A DNA stretch of 56,512 nucleotides, filler included, from Dirinaria sp. TL-2023a (Eukaryota): the NCBI GenBank assembly GCA_051941275.1. It is 3 parts of 3 records of this genome, joined end to end, with 100 filler letters (N's around TTAATTAATTAA, not from the genome) between each part and the next. Parts side by side here need not be neighbours in the genome. Positions count along the whole stretch, not along the records: positions 1 to 18,797 come from JAVEBF010000367.1; positions 18,898 to 37,680 come from JAVEBF010000368.1; 1 more part is not named here. One strand, given 5' to 3'. Below, one piece after another: positions 11,253-22,753 of the stretch. Within the stretch, counting starts at the first letter, position 1. Every line of letters begins with the position of its first letter. The notes below the pieces were generated by a model that searched no databases, had not been told where the DNA came from, and saw only the letters and a list, made by a program, of their open reading frames with translations. The position numbers were made by a program, and so were the translations under genes.

Positions 11253-14200
11253 ATGTCTCTCATTCAGCGTCTTCAGCAGCTGGCTTCTCGACAGCCTGAT
11301 GAGGTTCTGTATGAATGGTTCGAGAGAAGGTCCGACGGAGACGTCATCATCAAGCACTCTTACTCGTATCGTCAAGCCTGGGATCGTGTGTCTGTTCTTG
11401 CCCATCATCTCATCCATAACGAGAATGTCAAGCCGCGCGATCGGATCCTGCTCTGCTATCCGCCTTGTCTTGATTTTCTATTCGCATTCTTAGCATGTAT
11501 ACTTGCCAATGTGATACCAGTCCCAGCATATCCGCCAAATCCCCAGAATCTCCAGGCGACTATACCTACGTTTACGAGGATCAAGATCCTAGCCAATGCT
11601 AGGATAGTACTAACAAATACACAATATAACAGGTGGACTGCGTTGAATCTGTTTGTGAAATGGCCTTCAGATCTCAAGTGGGTCTGTACAGACCCTATAT
11701 TCAAGGCGCACAGAGATCTACCGAGCGATTATGAATGGCAGCAGGCGGATCTTAGCAACACCGCCTTTCTCCAGTTCACAAGTGGATCGACAGGTAACCC
11801 CAAAGGTGTCATGATCAGTCACCGCGCCCTTTGGGCAAGCTTTCGTGCTATGACAGTGTGCGAAGAATATCGAACATCTCCAAAGCACTCGAACGAAGAG
11901 CTGGCAATAACACAGAGCAGTCCCCAGTTCAAAGTAGTCTCCTGGCTTCCTTTGTATCACGATTTTGGTCTCATTTTTGCCGCTCTGCTACCCATCTACC
12001 GGGCTGGAACTGCAATTCTTTGCAGTCCTCTCGATTTCATCGCACAACCGCTTAGCTGGCTTCGAGCTCTGTCAAAGTTCAGAGCAACTGCGACCTGTGC
12101 ACCAAATTTTGCTTTTGACCTTGTGGTAAGGAGATGGCAAAACACTGTGTCACATCAGAGACCGAAGATCGATCTGTCGAGCATGCGATTCGTACCCTGC
12201 GGAGGCGAGATTATCCGTGCGAAGACAATGACGGATTTTCGAGACACCTTTAAGCCTTGTGGTTTCAATGGACAGTCCTTGTGCCTAAGCTATGGTTTTG
12301 CCGAATGTACTGTCGCCGCGTGCGCTGAGTATTCAAACAATTTGGTCCACAGCAAAACCAACCCGGCACTCCTCTCTTGCGGAAGCAATTTCCACCGCGG
12401 CGGACTGCTTGTGGCGATCATCAAGCAATGGCAGGGGATCAGTGATCATCCGGAGCTCCACGCCGTGAGACCTGAGGTTGCTGAAGATGGAGAGATTGGT
12501 CAGATTATTGTCACAGGAAACCCCCTTTCATCGGGTTACTGGCCTGTGGGTGATACGCCTGAGAGAGATCCTCAGATATTCATTCCCAAAGCTGAACTTC
12601 CATCTGCCGTGAGAGAGATGGCGAATTGCCACCCCGAGATCGACTCTGATTTCTGGTTTGCTACAGGGGATCTTGGTCTACTCGAAGAAGGCCACCTCTA
12701 CATTACTGGACGTATCAAAGAAGTCATCGTTATTCGTGGACGCAATTATATGGCTTCAGACATTGAACATACGGTTTCGACCTCAACCCCCGAGGTCCGG
12801 CCAGGGTGCATCGCAGCGGTGGCTGTCTCTGGGCCAGAGTCTTCAACGGAGAATGCGCTCATTCTCTGCGAGGTACGGTCACTCTCGGCCGACCAAGAGG
12901 CAAAGAATGCCATAGAGAACATTCGGTGTTGTATTCGTGGGTCTCACGGTATCAATGTATCGATAGCATTGCTGGAAAAAGGTGCATTGCCTAAGACAAG
13001 TTCTGGAAAGCTACAAAGACTCAAAGCAGCAGAGATGTGGACGGCAGGATCTTTCAAACATGTGGCGTTCGACCCAATCAGCCAACAATCCCCCTTATCT
13101 GATTCAAAAGTGGCCGAAGTGCCCCAAGGTTCGGCCAATCCCAGTTTAGAATCGACTGGTCCATCGCAAGTTCCAAACTTGGAGCCAGAAGCGATGGCAT
13201 CAGACTCCGAGTGTTTGGCGTGGGACTATACGGCCACCTACCAAGACCGGTTCTCCGCGCTTTATGCTCAGATTCATCGGATCATCAGTAACCATCTTGC
13301 TTCTCTCGAGGAGGAGGAGGAGGCAGATGACCGTGGTAATCTGGTTGATATAAACACAGAATGGCGCCAATTAGGTCTTGATAGCCTTGGTGCTGTTCTT
13401 ATCATGCAAGAGCTGCAAGACGAAGCCAACAAGTTCTTGAAAACGTTTTCCACTCCAATTATTCTGTCGCCTAATCTTCTCTTTGAGCATCAAAACGTCA
13501 AGGCTCTTATTGTTCATCTGATCTCTTTACAAAGTGTCGAGAACGAAAAAGTGAGCGAAGGGCCAGAGGTCGCGAACAAAACGCCCAAGATGCAAGCTAA
13601 ACCTCAAGAGCAAGAGAACCAGAGAGTGGACTTTGAACACGCCTTTGAACTACCACAATCGACTCCTCCCTCGGGCTATCTCTTTTTCGCTGCTGCGCAA
13701 GCTATATGGACGTGTTGTATGTGGTCTGCAATTGTTTACGCTGCTAGCTTCGCTTTGTTCTTTGTCAATGCGAAAGACTGGATAGTAATCACTATTCTGA
13801 TACCCGTGGTACACTTCTGCTTCCTCTTATCTCTCGCTCTAGCCACGATAGTTCTGAAGAAATCTATCATCGGCGCTTATCAGCCAGGTTGTCAACCCCA
13901 ATATGGTTCCTATCATTTGAGATACTGGATGGTTGAGTCAGCGGTCAATGTTACTGGGATTCTTGGCCTGAATGCCTTACATAACACCAAAGCGTATGAG
14001 ACGTATCTCGAGCTTCTTGGTGTTAACTTGTCGCCTGGTGCAAGTATCAATACATCCATCAATACTGCTTTCGACCTTCTCACTGTAGGACCAGACGCTA
14101 TGATCGAACGTAATGCGACCATAGTTTGTCATAGCTACCAGAGCGGATGTTTATTCCAGAATCGAGTTGATATAGGTCAGCTGGCAATTGTTGAACAACG

Positions 14201-17200
14201 TGCCGTGATACAGTCGTCTGCTACAGTCTGGAACACTACTGAGACGTCCCGCCAACCAGGCCCGGCCACTCATGCTATTCCACCAAGCCCGTATGTGCAA
14301 GGCGACCATACTGTCTTGCGACATGGCTCCAGAGAGCCAGTCCCGATACAGCATGACGGTGTGTCTGCTCCTAGTAGTTTGAGAACAGCAGCAGAAGTAC
14401 CGTTGTTGCGTTGGGCATACTGCATAGGTCTTTTTTGGCTTACTGATGCGGCCGTCTTACTGGCTGCTCTGGCATCCATCAAAATTACAGGCTTTATAAA
14501 GGCAAGGTCTGGAGATAGGGTGCCAGTACTTGACCTTGGGTACGATCAAGTAGTCTATAGGAACTACGCCTTTACATTCGCCTTCGGTCCACATATAATC
14601 TTCCCTAACATTTTTCTCTTATCTCAAGGGGCAGTTTGGGGACTAAGCGAAGATTTGCTCAACCGAAACTCAATGGTCTTTGAAAAATACAAACAGTCAT
14701 CATCCTCTGTTAAGGGTTTCAGCCAGATATTGTTGACTCTGGTGGTAATGTACCTGGCTTGGGCGACGGCCATGGCAGCTATCACACTAGCCGTGCGGCA
14801 CCTTTTCGTGCCTCCTCTGAGGGATGGCGATATTCTAAAACAGCATTCCTACAGCGCAGCGACTCGGCAACTCTACTCAAATTTGGTCAGGCGACTACAT
14901 TCTCTGACTTTCTTTCTTACCACTGGTAAGCCACAATTCTCCTTATGAGGGTATTGTAAGCAAGTCTGACTAACAGTTCGTATTATTTTACTAGGTACTA
15001 GCCTTTCTTCTACCTTCTACACTTTGAGTGGAGCAAAAATTGGCCGCAGAGTTCTCTTCGCGCTCACCGAGCCCATCGTAGAGCCTAGCCTACTTCGCAT
15101 CGACGACGGCTGCTTTGTAGGTGATTTCAGCCATATAAGCAATTTCTGTGCGATTTCCTCAAAGTATGGTGGTGCTCATCGAGCTTCGCTAGTCCATCTA
15201 GGAAAAGGAAGCTTGGTTGGGATGAATGCAGTAATTCAAGCGAACCTCAAAAACCCTGACCCTGAAAGCCGAACCTCTATGCGCCTACAGCTACTCGAGA
15301 AATGCATCGTTGGTGCGAATTCTACATTAGACCAGGACCAAGCACTATCGATGGCACAATCTGTCACCGAAGATGGACAAGGAGTGTCTATCTTTGGACG
15401 ACATACCTTTCAGCAAAAAGTCGATGATTTACCTGCACTTCCGGTTTGGTCTCTTTGGTGGTCGTTAACTTACTATGCTCTTTGGCCGACCTATATTCTG
15501 CCCGCTTTACTCTCGTGGTTTATTATTTCAACGCTCCCTTCCCTGCTGTTGACAACATACCTTTGTGATACATTAGGTTATAGAATTACCATGGCTCTTT
15601 CTGGACCTCTATATACTGTCTATGCCATCAGCACATTAGCTCAGCTGGTCATTGCCAAATGGGTTTTAATTTTCAGATTTACGGAGAGAGTCTATAAGAT
15701 CGATTCTCTCTTCTTTTTAAGGCGGTTAGCGTATTCGCATTGCCTTGACTTTGCTGCGGTATTCTGCCTCGATATAATGAGGGGTACGCCATTCTTGCCG
15801 CTGGTCTACAAAATTCTTGGGGCTCATATTGGCTCTCGGGTCCATCTCGACACATTGGCTATCACAGAGCCAGACCTCTGCGAAATCCAGAACAACTGCT
15901 CTATTAATTCTTCAGCTGTCCTTTTTGGACATAGTCTCGACCGAGGTCAATTCTCTCAAGCGCCATTGAAAGTTGGCTCTGGATCCACCATGGACAATCA
16001 TTCTTTGCTTCTTCTGGGTAGCTCAGTTGGCAAGTACACTCACCTGAAGCATTCTTCTGCGACATTAATGCATAGTGTCATTTCCGGCTCTTCCCAGTAC
16101 AGCGGAGTACCGCCTCAACTGCAACAAACATCCGCATCTTTGGCAGACGGATATCGAGAATGGAAGAAAAGGTCTCAGAAATGCAGTGACCGAAGGGATT
16201 GTGGTGCTTCACACCATAGAACCCAAATATCCCCACCGTCGCTCACTTCCACGCCTACTTCGATTGGCTCGCCATCTGCCACGGTCCCACAGATGAAATC
16301 GAGAACAAGCTCCCAGCCTGTTATCACATCGGATAGTGCTGCAAGTCGTGATATCACAGAGGATGGCACACAACCAGCTCATCTACAGGATCCAGATCGA
16401 GAGAAGCTACCTGTCTTTAAGTCTCAGTATAAAGGGGCGAAACCAGAATATCGCGACCCGCAGGCTCTAGACCAGCCAAAGAGTAATACTAACATCACGT
16501 CTTTGATGGAAGTGTTTTCTGCGATGCGAGATAAAGCACAGACGCCGCTGAAGGCTATCGATCGGGCTTTCGAAGAGGAAGTAAAATTTTGGCAAGAGCA
16601 GTTCTCTACTAAGCTTAGCGAGCTGGGGAATGCCACATCTGAGCTCAAGAATACGTTGCTAGATCTTGGACGGCAGACAGCGTCTACGGAGGATTTGGAG
16701 CTGCTTGTCAACGATGTCCGCAATATGCCTGATAGTGGTGATACCTCCATTGCAAAGGCGCAAGATGCGTCTTTGACTGATTGGGCGGAACATCGTCAGC
16801 AGCTTTCCGTACGCGTTGAGAAAATGAAAACCCCGAAGCCTTACGAAGATCACTCAGTGTACGCTGACACAATCCGACAAGACTACGGTATCGTTGCTCT
16901 GGATCTGCTGTGCCAGGGAGAGCTTGATTGGATGATTTGGCAGAATTTCGCTTGGACGGTACGCATTAACGATGCGCAAAACTTTTGCTTCTGCTAAAAT
17001 ATAAGTTCAGATACTTGCTTTCCAAGATCCGCCGACAATCGCATTACTGGCTTCTTCAAGGCGTCTATTTAATCGCTCTGTGAACAGAATAACAGGTAAG
17101 AAGCTCCAAATTAAAACAACTAGTATTTCAATTTTAGCTTGACCATCTAATAGCTGTCGATGCGTTGATCTTGCCCACCATGGTGTGGGGTCGTCTGTCA

Positions 17201-18360
17201 AAACGAGGCCAGGTGAGTTAAATGCAGAGCTTTTCTTCTCTGATCAGGCAATGCTGACTCCGCATTTGACTCAGCTTGGTGACAGCCGGATGAATACTAT
17301 ACACGGGAGATATGCACATACTGCTAGCGGCATCAAATGCCTCTGGATGTCCATCCTAGATTCCTACGAGACCTACAGGTCACGAATGGCGTTGCCTCCT
17401 TGGAGCGATTTAGAGTATAACTCATTCTACTGGGTCATCCGAGATCACTGCGTCGCAATGAATGTCCCATCGACCGATCTTGCACCACACTGGCAGGAAG
17501 AGCTACACAAACATCGTTCACGCATTGCGAGCATGAAATGGCGGAAATGGCCTGTCGCAACGGCTATTGTGGGGAATACGCTCGAAGATTACCTCAGCAG
17601 ATTTCCCGCAGATGCGCGAAGGCCATTAAGACAGCTGCTTGCTGTGGCGTGCCCTGAGGAAATGCTAGATGGCATGGGATATCGACCAATCTATCCAAGC
17701 GAGAATGAATTTAGAGAGTTGAGGGATGCAATACAGGGCTTCTACCACGAGGAGGCGGCCCGTCAGCGATATCCACATTCGCTCAGCTCCCACATGGAGA
17801 TCGGAGGTTGGAAATCTCGAGCAGAGCAAATTGGTCCGAGTGAGCGAGGCCCCAGCATGCCACATGTGCTTACAGACTCCGCCACTGCTACGGCCATGAA
17901 AGAAGCTGGGCAGACCGTATCAGTTGGTTCATGTCCTTTCGGTGGCAACGACACTTCCGTCACACATTCTCCCAGTCCCGCATCACCAAACCTTGAGAGC
18001 GCAGTCGCGAGACTCATGAAAGTCCATCATAACTTCGGCCATAACATCGGCCAGCGCGCGGCAATGACGGTCGAGGATGTGAAGATTCCTGAGGACTTAA
18101 TCGAAGTCACCGAGGAGGAGGTGGCGCTACATTGCTCCCCAGAGCATGGCTACTGGAGTATTGTCGGCGCGTACGTCTACGACACGACTTTATCGATCAT
18201 GGACGATGTACATCCGGGCGGCAAAGCGATCCTACAAAAATATGGTGGCAAGAGAGCAACGGCTGCATTCCGAGCGCACTCGGAGGACGCGAGGATTGTA
18301 GCATGTAACTTCATCGTGGCGAAGCTCAAGGGAAGCCAAGGAGATCTCAGGAACGATTGA
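11253..18360 (+). CDS. NRPS-like multidomain protein (~2288 aa): FAAL - carrier (T) - Pls-like triple TM/left-handed beta-helix module - MpaB/DUF2236-like oxygenase - cytochrome b5; exons 11253-14925, 14995-16958, 17011-17095, 17154-17212, 17275-18360
   Basis: FAAL motifs AFLQFTSGSTGNPKGVMISH, VSWLPLYHDFGLI, APNFAFDL, TGDLG, GRIKEVIVIRGRNY and LPKTSSGKLQR. Carrier motif LGLDSL (Ser at 13383). Three TM + LGAxIG beta-helix repeats. SKRGQ|LGDSRMNTIHGRY oxygenase-like motif. b5 motifs HPGG and FRAHS. Four GT..AG introns give 6867 nt, a multiple of 3 with no internal stop. Confidence 0.85.
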
Positions 18361-18797
18361 AGAGTATGGCCTTTTACGTCCAGAAATGCACTCATGGGCA
18401 AGGAACTAGATCCAGTCTTTCTACGCCTACGCAGTAAATTTGTCCAAATTTGTGCTGACTTGCGGTTCCGAATCAAGTGTTGTACTCGTGATAGATACGT
18501 AGACCGAAAGTCAGGTCAAGCAATTTAAGTGCTAGCAGTCAAATTAATCCCAGGGATCCCTTTGTCAACGTCAATCCTAGGGTTGTTAACCCCAACCCTA
18601 GATGAGTTTCCCCGTCAAAAGCGGCAGCGGCGCTTAACCATAATTCGTCCTTCCCTTCATGACGCAACCGTTTCCCTCCAAGCCAGACAGGCAATAATCA
18701 ACTCAGGAAACCCGTCAATCCACCATGCCTTCCTCCACCCATCTTCACTTACTTCTCCCAATCTCCTACCTCCACCCACGATGCCCGCCCCTATCCC

Positions 18798-18897
18798 NNN
18801 NNNNNNNNNNNNNNNNNNNNNNNNNNNNNNNNNNNNNNNNNTTAATTAATTAANNNNNNNNNNNNNNNNNNNNNNNNNNNNNNNNNNNNNNNNNNNN
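18798..18897. other. Assembly gap / artificial contig linker
   Basis: 44 N + TTAATTAATTAA (stop codons in all six frames) + 44 N. Confidence 0.97.
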
Positions 18898-20752
18898 TCG
18901 TAGTAGTAGTAGAAGGACAGGGTCCCGTTTTGCGGAACTTAGCCACAAAGAACCCATCCACGTTATATTTATGCGGGTAGAATCTCCTCGTCAGACTTAA
19001 GCTGTCGTGGAAATGTTTGCCCTGAAACGTGCGGAACCCAGGCACGCCGAACGTGAGGCCCGTTTCTACAAGCTTCGCGTTCGGTCGCCGCGTCAGCGCG
19101 TAGTGCACCACTTGCTCGTTTTCCTCCACGGTCACGGAGCACGTGGAGTATATTACGAAACCGCCTGTTTTGGAGGCGTGGTCCACGCTGTCGATGGCGG
19201 CGAGCAGGAGCTGTTTCTGGAGGTAGGGCAGGCGCTGGAAGTCCGATTCTGTTTTACTTGTTTTTACAGATGGGTCTTTGGCGATGACGCCCGTGCCGCT
19301 GCAGGGGGCGTCGAGCAGCACGCGGTCGAAGCCGCCGATCGGTTTGGGGAAGTGCCGCGCGTCGTGGCTGCAGATGACCGTGTTGCGCGCGCCGAGCCGG
19401 TGGATGTTGCCGACCAACGCCTTGGAGCGCGCTTTGTTGCTGTCGTTGGCGAAGATGCACCCCGTGTTCTTCATCAGGGCCGCCATGTACGTCGTTTTCC
19501 CGCCCGGCGCGGCCGCCATGTCCAGGATCCGCTCGTTTTCCTGCGGTGCGAGTGCCATTACTGGCAGGAAGGATGATGCGGATTGGATGATGTATTTTCC
19601 TGAGAGGTATTCGGGGGTTGCGCCGAGAGGGACGGCGGATTCGAAAACTTGGAGGCCGACTTTCGACCAGGCGCCTACGGGCTCGAGGACGACGCCACGG
19701 TTGATGAGGGATGAGGCTAGTGTCCGCCGCGAGGTGCGGAGGGTGTTTGTGCGTAGGACCAGTGGTCGAGGAGATTCGTTTGCTTCGAAGAAGGCGAAGG
19801 CTTCGGAGGGAGAAAATAGCGAGAGGAGCTTTTGCGCGAGGAAGGGCGAGTAGCCGTAGTAGAGCGATATGTCTTTCTCGAGCTGAGACGTGTAGTCGGC
19901 GCGGGATCGGGGAGCAGATGATAATGCTTTAGGGTTGGAGAGGACACGGACTGTGTCGGTGATACGTGTTCGGAGGAGCTGTAGATCAGGTGCAAGGCGG
20001 GTACGGATTTGATTGGGGTCAGTCTCGGAATCAGACAGTAGGTCGGAATGGGTCTCGATGTTGGTTTGCAAAGCGTTCTCTTCGAGCTCCGCTTGAGCTG
20101 CAGAGGCATCGGCTGCTTGTTGCTTGGAGAGCCTTTGAGAGAGGCCTTCGATGTTTGCTGCGGTGAGGGTTTCTTCAGCGTCTGAGTCGTCTTCGTCTTC
20201 GGAGAACATCGCGGTAGGGTTCTGCTCATCGGAATCATATACCGAAGGACTGGAATCAGCATATTCTCCATCTGCATCCACGCCATTGCTTGTATTCTCG
20301 ATCGCTTTTTCTGCAGCTGTCGCTGAAGGGACATCTGCCGCAGTCTTTTCTGCGTCATCTTCAGAACTGTCTAGGAGCGCTCCAGACATGAAGCCATCTG
20401 ACACGCTCTCATCGTCATGCCCCAGCAGATCTGCCGCATCGTCATCGGAGCTCTCGTCTATGGGCTGCCGCTGCTTGTTTCGATTTTCTTTTCCCCGATT
20501 CCGTCCTGTTCCATTTTGACTAGCCTTGGCGTTGACGAAATTGCCCTTGGGGCCATGCCTCAATGCTGAATTCTTCACACCGTTGCGACTCGTATTCGAG
20601 GTTCTCTGGACATTGAACTCCCCGTTGGCCTTCCTCTTCTTCCCTCGACCATCTTGGAATTCGCCCGCTTTGCGTTTCTGGCGAGAGGGGGCATTGATCT
20701 CGTCTAATGAGGGCGGCGGACCCTGCTTCTTCATCCGACGCCCTACACCCAT
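18898..20752 (-). CDS. NOP2: 25S rRNA cytosine-C5 methyltransferase Nop2, 3' end cut by the gap
   Basis: MGVGRRMKKQGPP start; ILDMAAAPGGKTT, FDRVLLDAPCSGTG, IYSTCS and RFYPHKYNVDGFFVAKF are NOL1/NOP2 motifs. Confidence 0.96.
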
Positions 20753-21031
20753 TGCTGCTACCTCTGCACTTTGTAAATACCATGAATGAGGTGCCGGAAC
20801 ACCTTACATGCAGTCCAGGGACTTTGAACTTTCATCCATGTGCTGATAATCCCTAGCGTGATCTGATAACGTTCCTTAGCCGAGGCCTTGGCATACCATG
20901 TGCTCATCAACCATCGTCGAGAGATCCATGTAGTTCAGACTCAAAGATAGACATAACAGCTTGGCTCCCAGTCTCTCAGCGACCATCGTAGCTTGGCGAA
21001 ATAGTATTTGTTCCTTTGATCACAATCCACG

Positions 21032-21807
21032 ATGACAGAACTCTCCTTTGCAAAGTCCTTCCTAGCAACGCTTGACTCCCGCCCCGTAAAGCTTCAGTCA
21101 GATCATGTCGCTGATCCAAAGACCTTCGAGCCTAAGGGCCCTGTACGCTCTTCTCCTCTACAATGTCCAGTATAATTGCAGTCGGTCCAGCTGACAGACC
21201 TGATATCCAGTATACCCTTCCTCGCACTTCTCAACCCATGCGACGCCGCGATCCCTCGTCGCAGAAGTCCCCCGCGGACAGCACCATAACCATAATGCTC
21301 AAATCCCTCCGCAACCCTCCAATTAGCCTCACCCTCCCTTCACAACCTCTCTCGACAAGCGTGGTTGACCTAAAGTCCGCGATCGCTAAAGAAGTCAAAG
21401 CGAAGAGCATAGAGGGCGTCAAAATCCTCCATAATAAGAAACCCTGCGTTGACAGCAAGACTGTCAAGGATTTCCTGGGCGAAGAAGAGGTGCCTTCAGA
21501 AATTGAGTTCAGTGTCATGATCATGGGTGGAGTTGCTGCAACCGAGAACAAGGCAGAAGCTGGAAATACGGCAGAAGGTGGAGAGAAGAAGGATGTTGAC
21601 CAGCCGCCAGCAGCGCAGGGTCCAAGTGGTGATGAGGTGTTAGAGAGCGAAGAGTTTTGGAATGACCTGAAGGGTTTCCTGAGCCAGAGACTAAAGAACG
21701 ATGGCAAGGCTGAGGAGGTGACAAATGTGTTCAGGCAGAGTTGGAAGGGAAAAGGTGGAGGGTGGAAGTGGGGTGGCATGGGAATGAAAGGGTGGTCGAA
21801 GTCTTAG
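21032..21807 (+). CDS. GET5: Get5/Mdy2-like ubiquitin-like protein; 2 exons (21032-21142, 21211-21807)
   Basis: N-terminal MTELSFAKSFLATLDSRPVKLQSDHVADP|YTLPR (Get4-binding region), Ubl region LKSLRNPP...VKILHNKKP, C-terminal dimerisation motif EEFWNDLKGFLSQRLK. Confidence 0.85.
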
Positions 21808-22027
21808 AAGTCCTTCTGACTAGGAATGGGCTGTGTCTCCGCATTTGTACATGCACTGTTGCTGGATATAAATGTCCGCAGAGCTGCAGGATTGCTTGAT
21901 GATACTGTCAATTCCGCCGCGTGCTAAGGATGGAAGGGTTCAGAGACGGCATGTCATGGATCTATGCAGTGCAAAGTATCGCCGTGGGTCGGGACAGACC
22001 TCCTTGAAAAGATTCCTCAATCGACCA

Positions 22028-22753
22028 CTTCAGCGGGCCCCCTTGCTCACATCCTTCAAAATTGTCTCATACTCGATGGCATCCTCCCCATTTGCTTGTA
22101 CTTCGGCTCCGAGACCAGGCAGCGCATTCTTCAATGCTTCTTTTGACGAAGCATAAGTCATTCTTGGCTGGGACGTGTTGGTCAGCGTAGGGTTCTGGGC
22201 CAACCTGATTGAACGTACCATGACCAGCGTCCCCTCATCAGGAGACCATGAAATGAAGACAATCTTGTTCCTGTGGCTTTATCAGTCTCCCCCGTGCCTA
22301 TGCCTACTGTCCAGGGTTAAGAAAACAGAAACATATGTACCTTGTGCCTTCCCCACTAGCAAGGTCCCACTGGAAATCGTACACCGCGTATCGAGGACCC
22401 TTGCCCTCTTTGCCCTTGTAGCTTGCTTTTGCGCTCAGCAGTTTGTTTCGGAAAATGTCCCAGTCCTTGTCTGACGAGTAGTCCTCGACGACGATTTCCT
22501 TGTAGTCGTCCGACAACTTATAGATGATGTACTTGATCTCTTTGCCCAGCTTCAGCTCGTTGTATTTACTGATGCACTCGGGTGCAACGGAGACTCTGGA
22601 CGAAGACAGCGACGTTAGCTTGTGCTTGTTGGTCCTTTGGCCTTCATATAGGGGTCAGAGCACGAACCCTGATTTACTCTGTAGCAACGTCCGTCAGCGT
22701 GCTTTTTCCTCGAGCAACTCGAGATCTTGTTCGTTGAGAGAAGGACTCACCAT
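22028..22753 (-). CDS. COF1: Cofilin / actin-depolymerizing factor; 5 exons including an ATG-only exon and an 11-nt micro-exon (22678-22668)
   Basis: Spliced M|SKSG|VSVAPECISKYNELKLGKEIKYIIYKLSDD...PRYAVYDF...NKIVFISWSPDE...RMTYASSKEALKNAL. Confidence 0.93.

Noticed and set aside
11253..14925. Horizontal transfer from bacteria, suggested by the 3.7-kb intronless FAAL exon
   Set aside because: The gene has spliceosomal introns and no compositional anomaly obvious by eye; only a phylogeny could decide, so it is not claimed.
11253..18360. Three separate genes, as listed in the ORF track
   Set aside because: Each ORF boundary coincides with canonical donor, branch and acceptor signals that splice in frame and complete split motifs (TTG|TSL..FYTLSGAKIG; SKRGQ|LGDSRMNTIH); the second and third ORFs begin at non-ATG codons.
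18577..18601. Short inverted repeat CTAGGGTTG...CAACCCTAG downstream of the synthetase as a transposon end
   Set aside because: Only 9-bp arms and no matching terminus found upstream of the gene.
18842..18853. TTAATTAATTAA as a biological palindrome or regulatory site (also 37725-37736)
   Set aside because: Centred in equal N runs and repeated identically; a synthetic assembly linker.
19007..20519. Long plus-strand ORFs antisense to NOP2 (similar ones overlap RSM24, HSP60 and the MFS gene)
   Set aside because: Shadow ORFs caused by GC-rich codon usage of real genes; no recognisable motifs.
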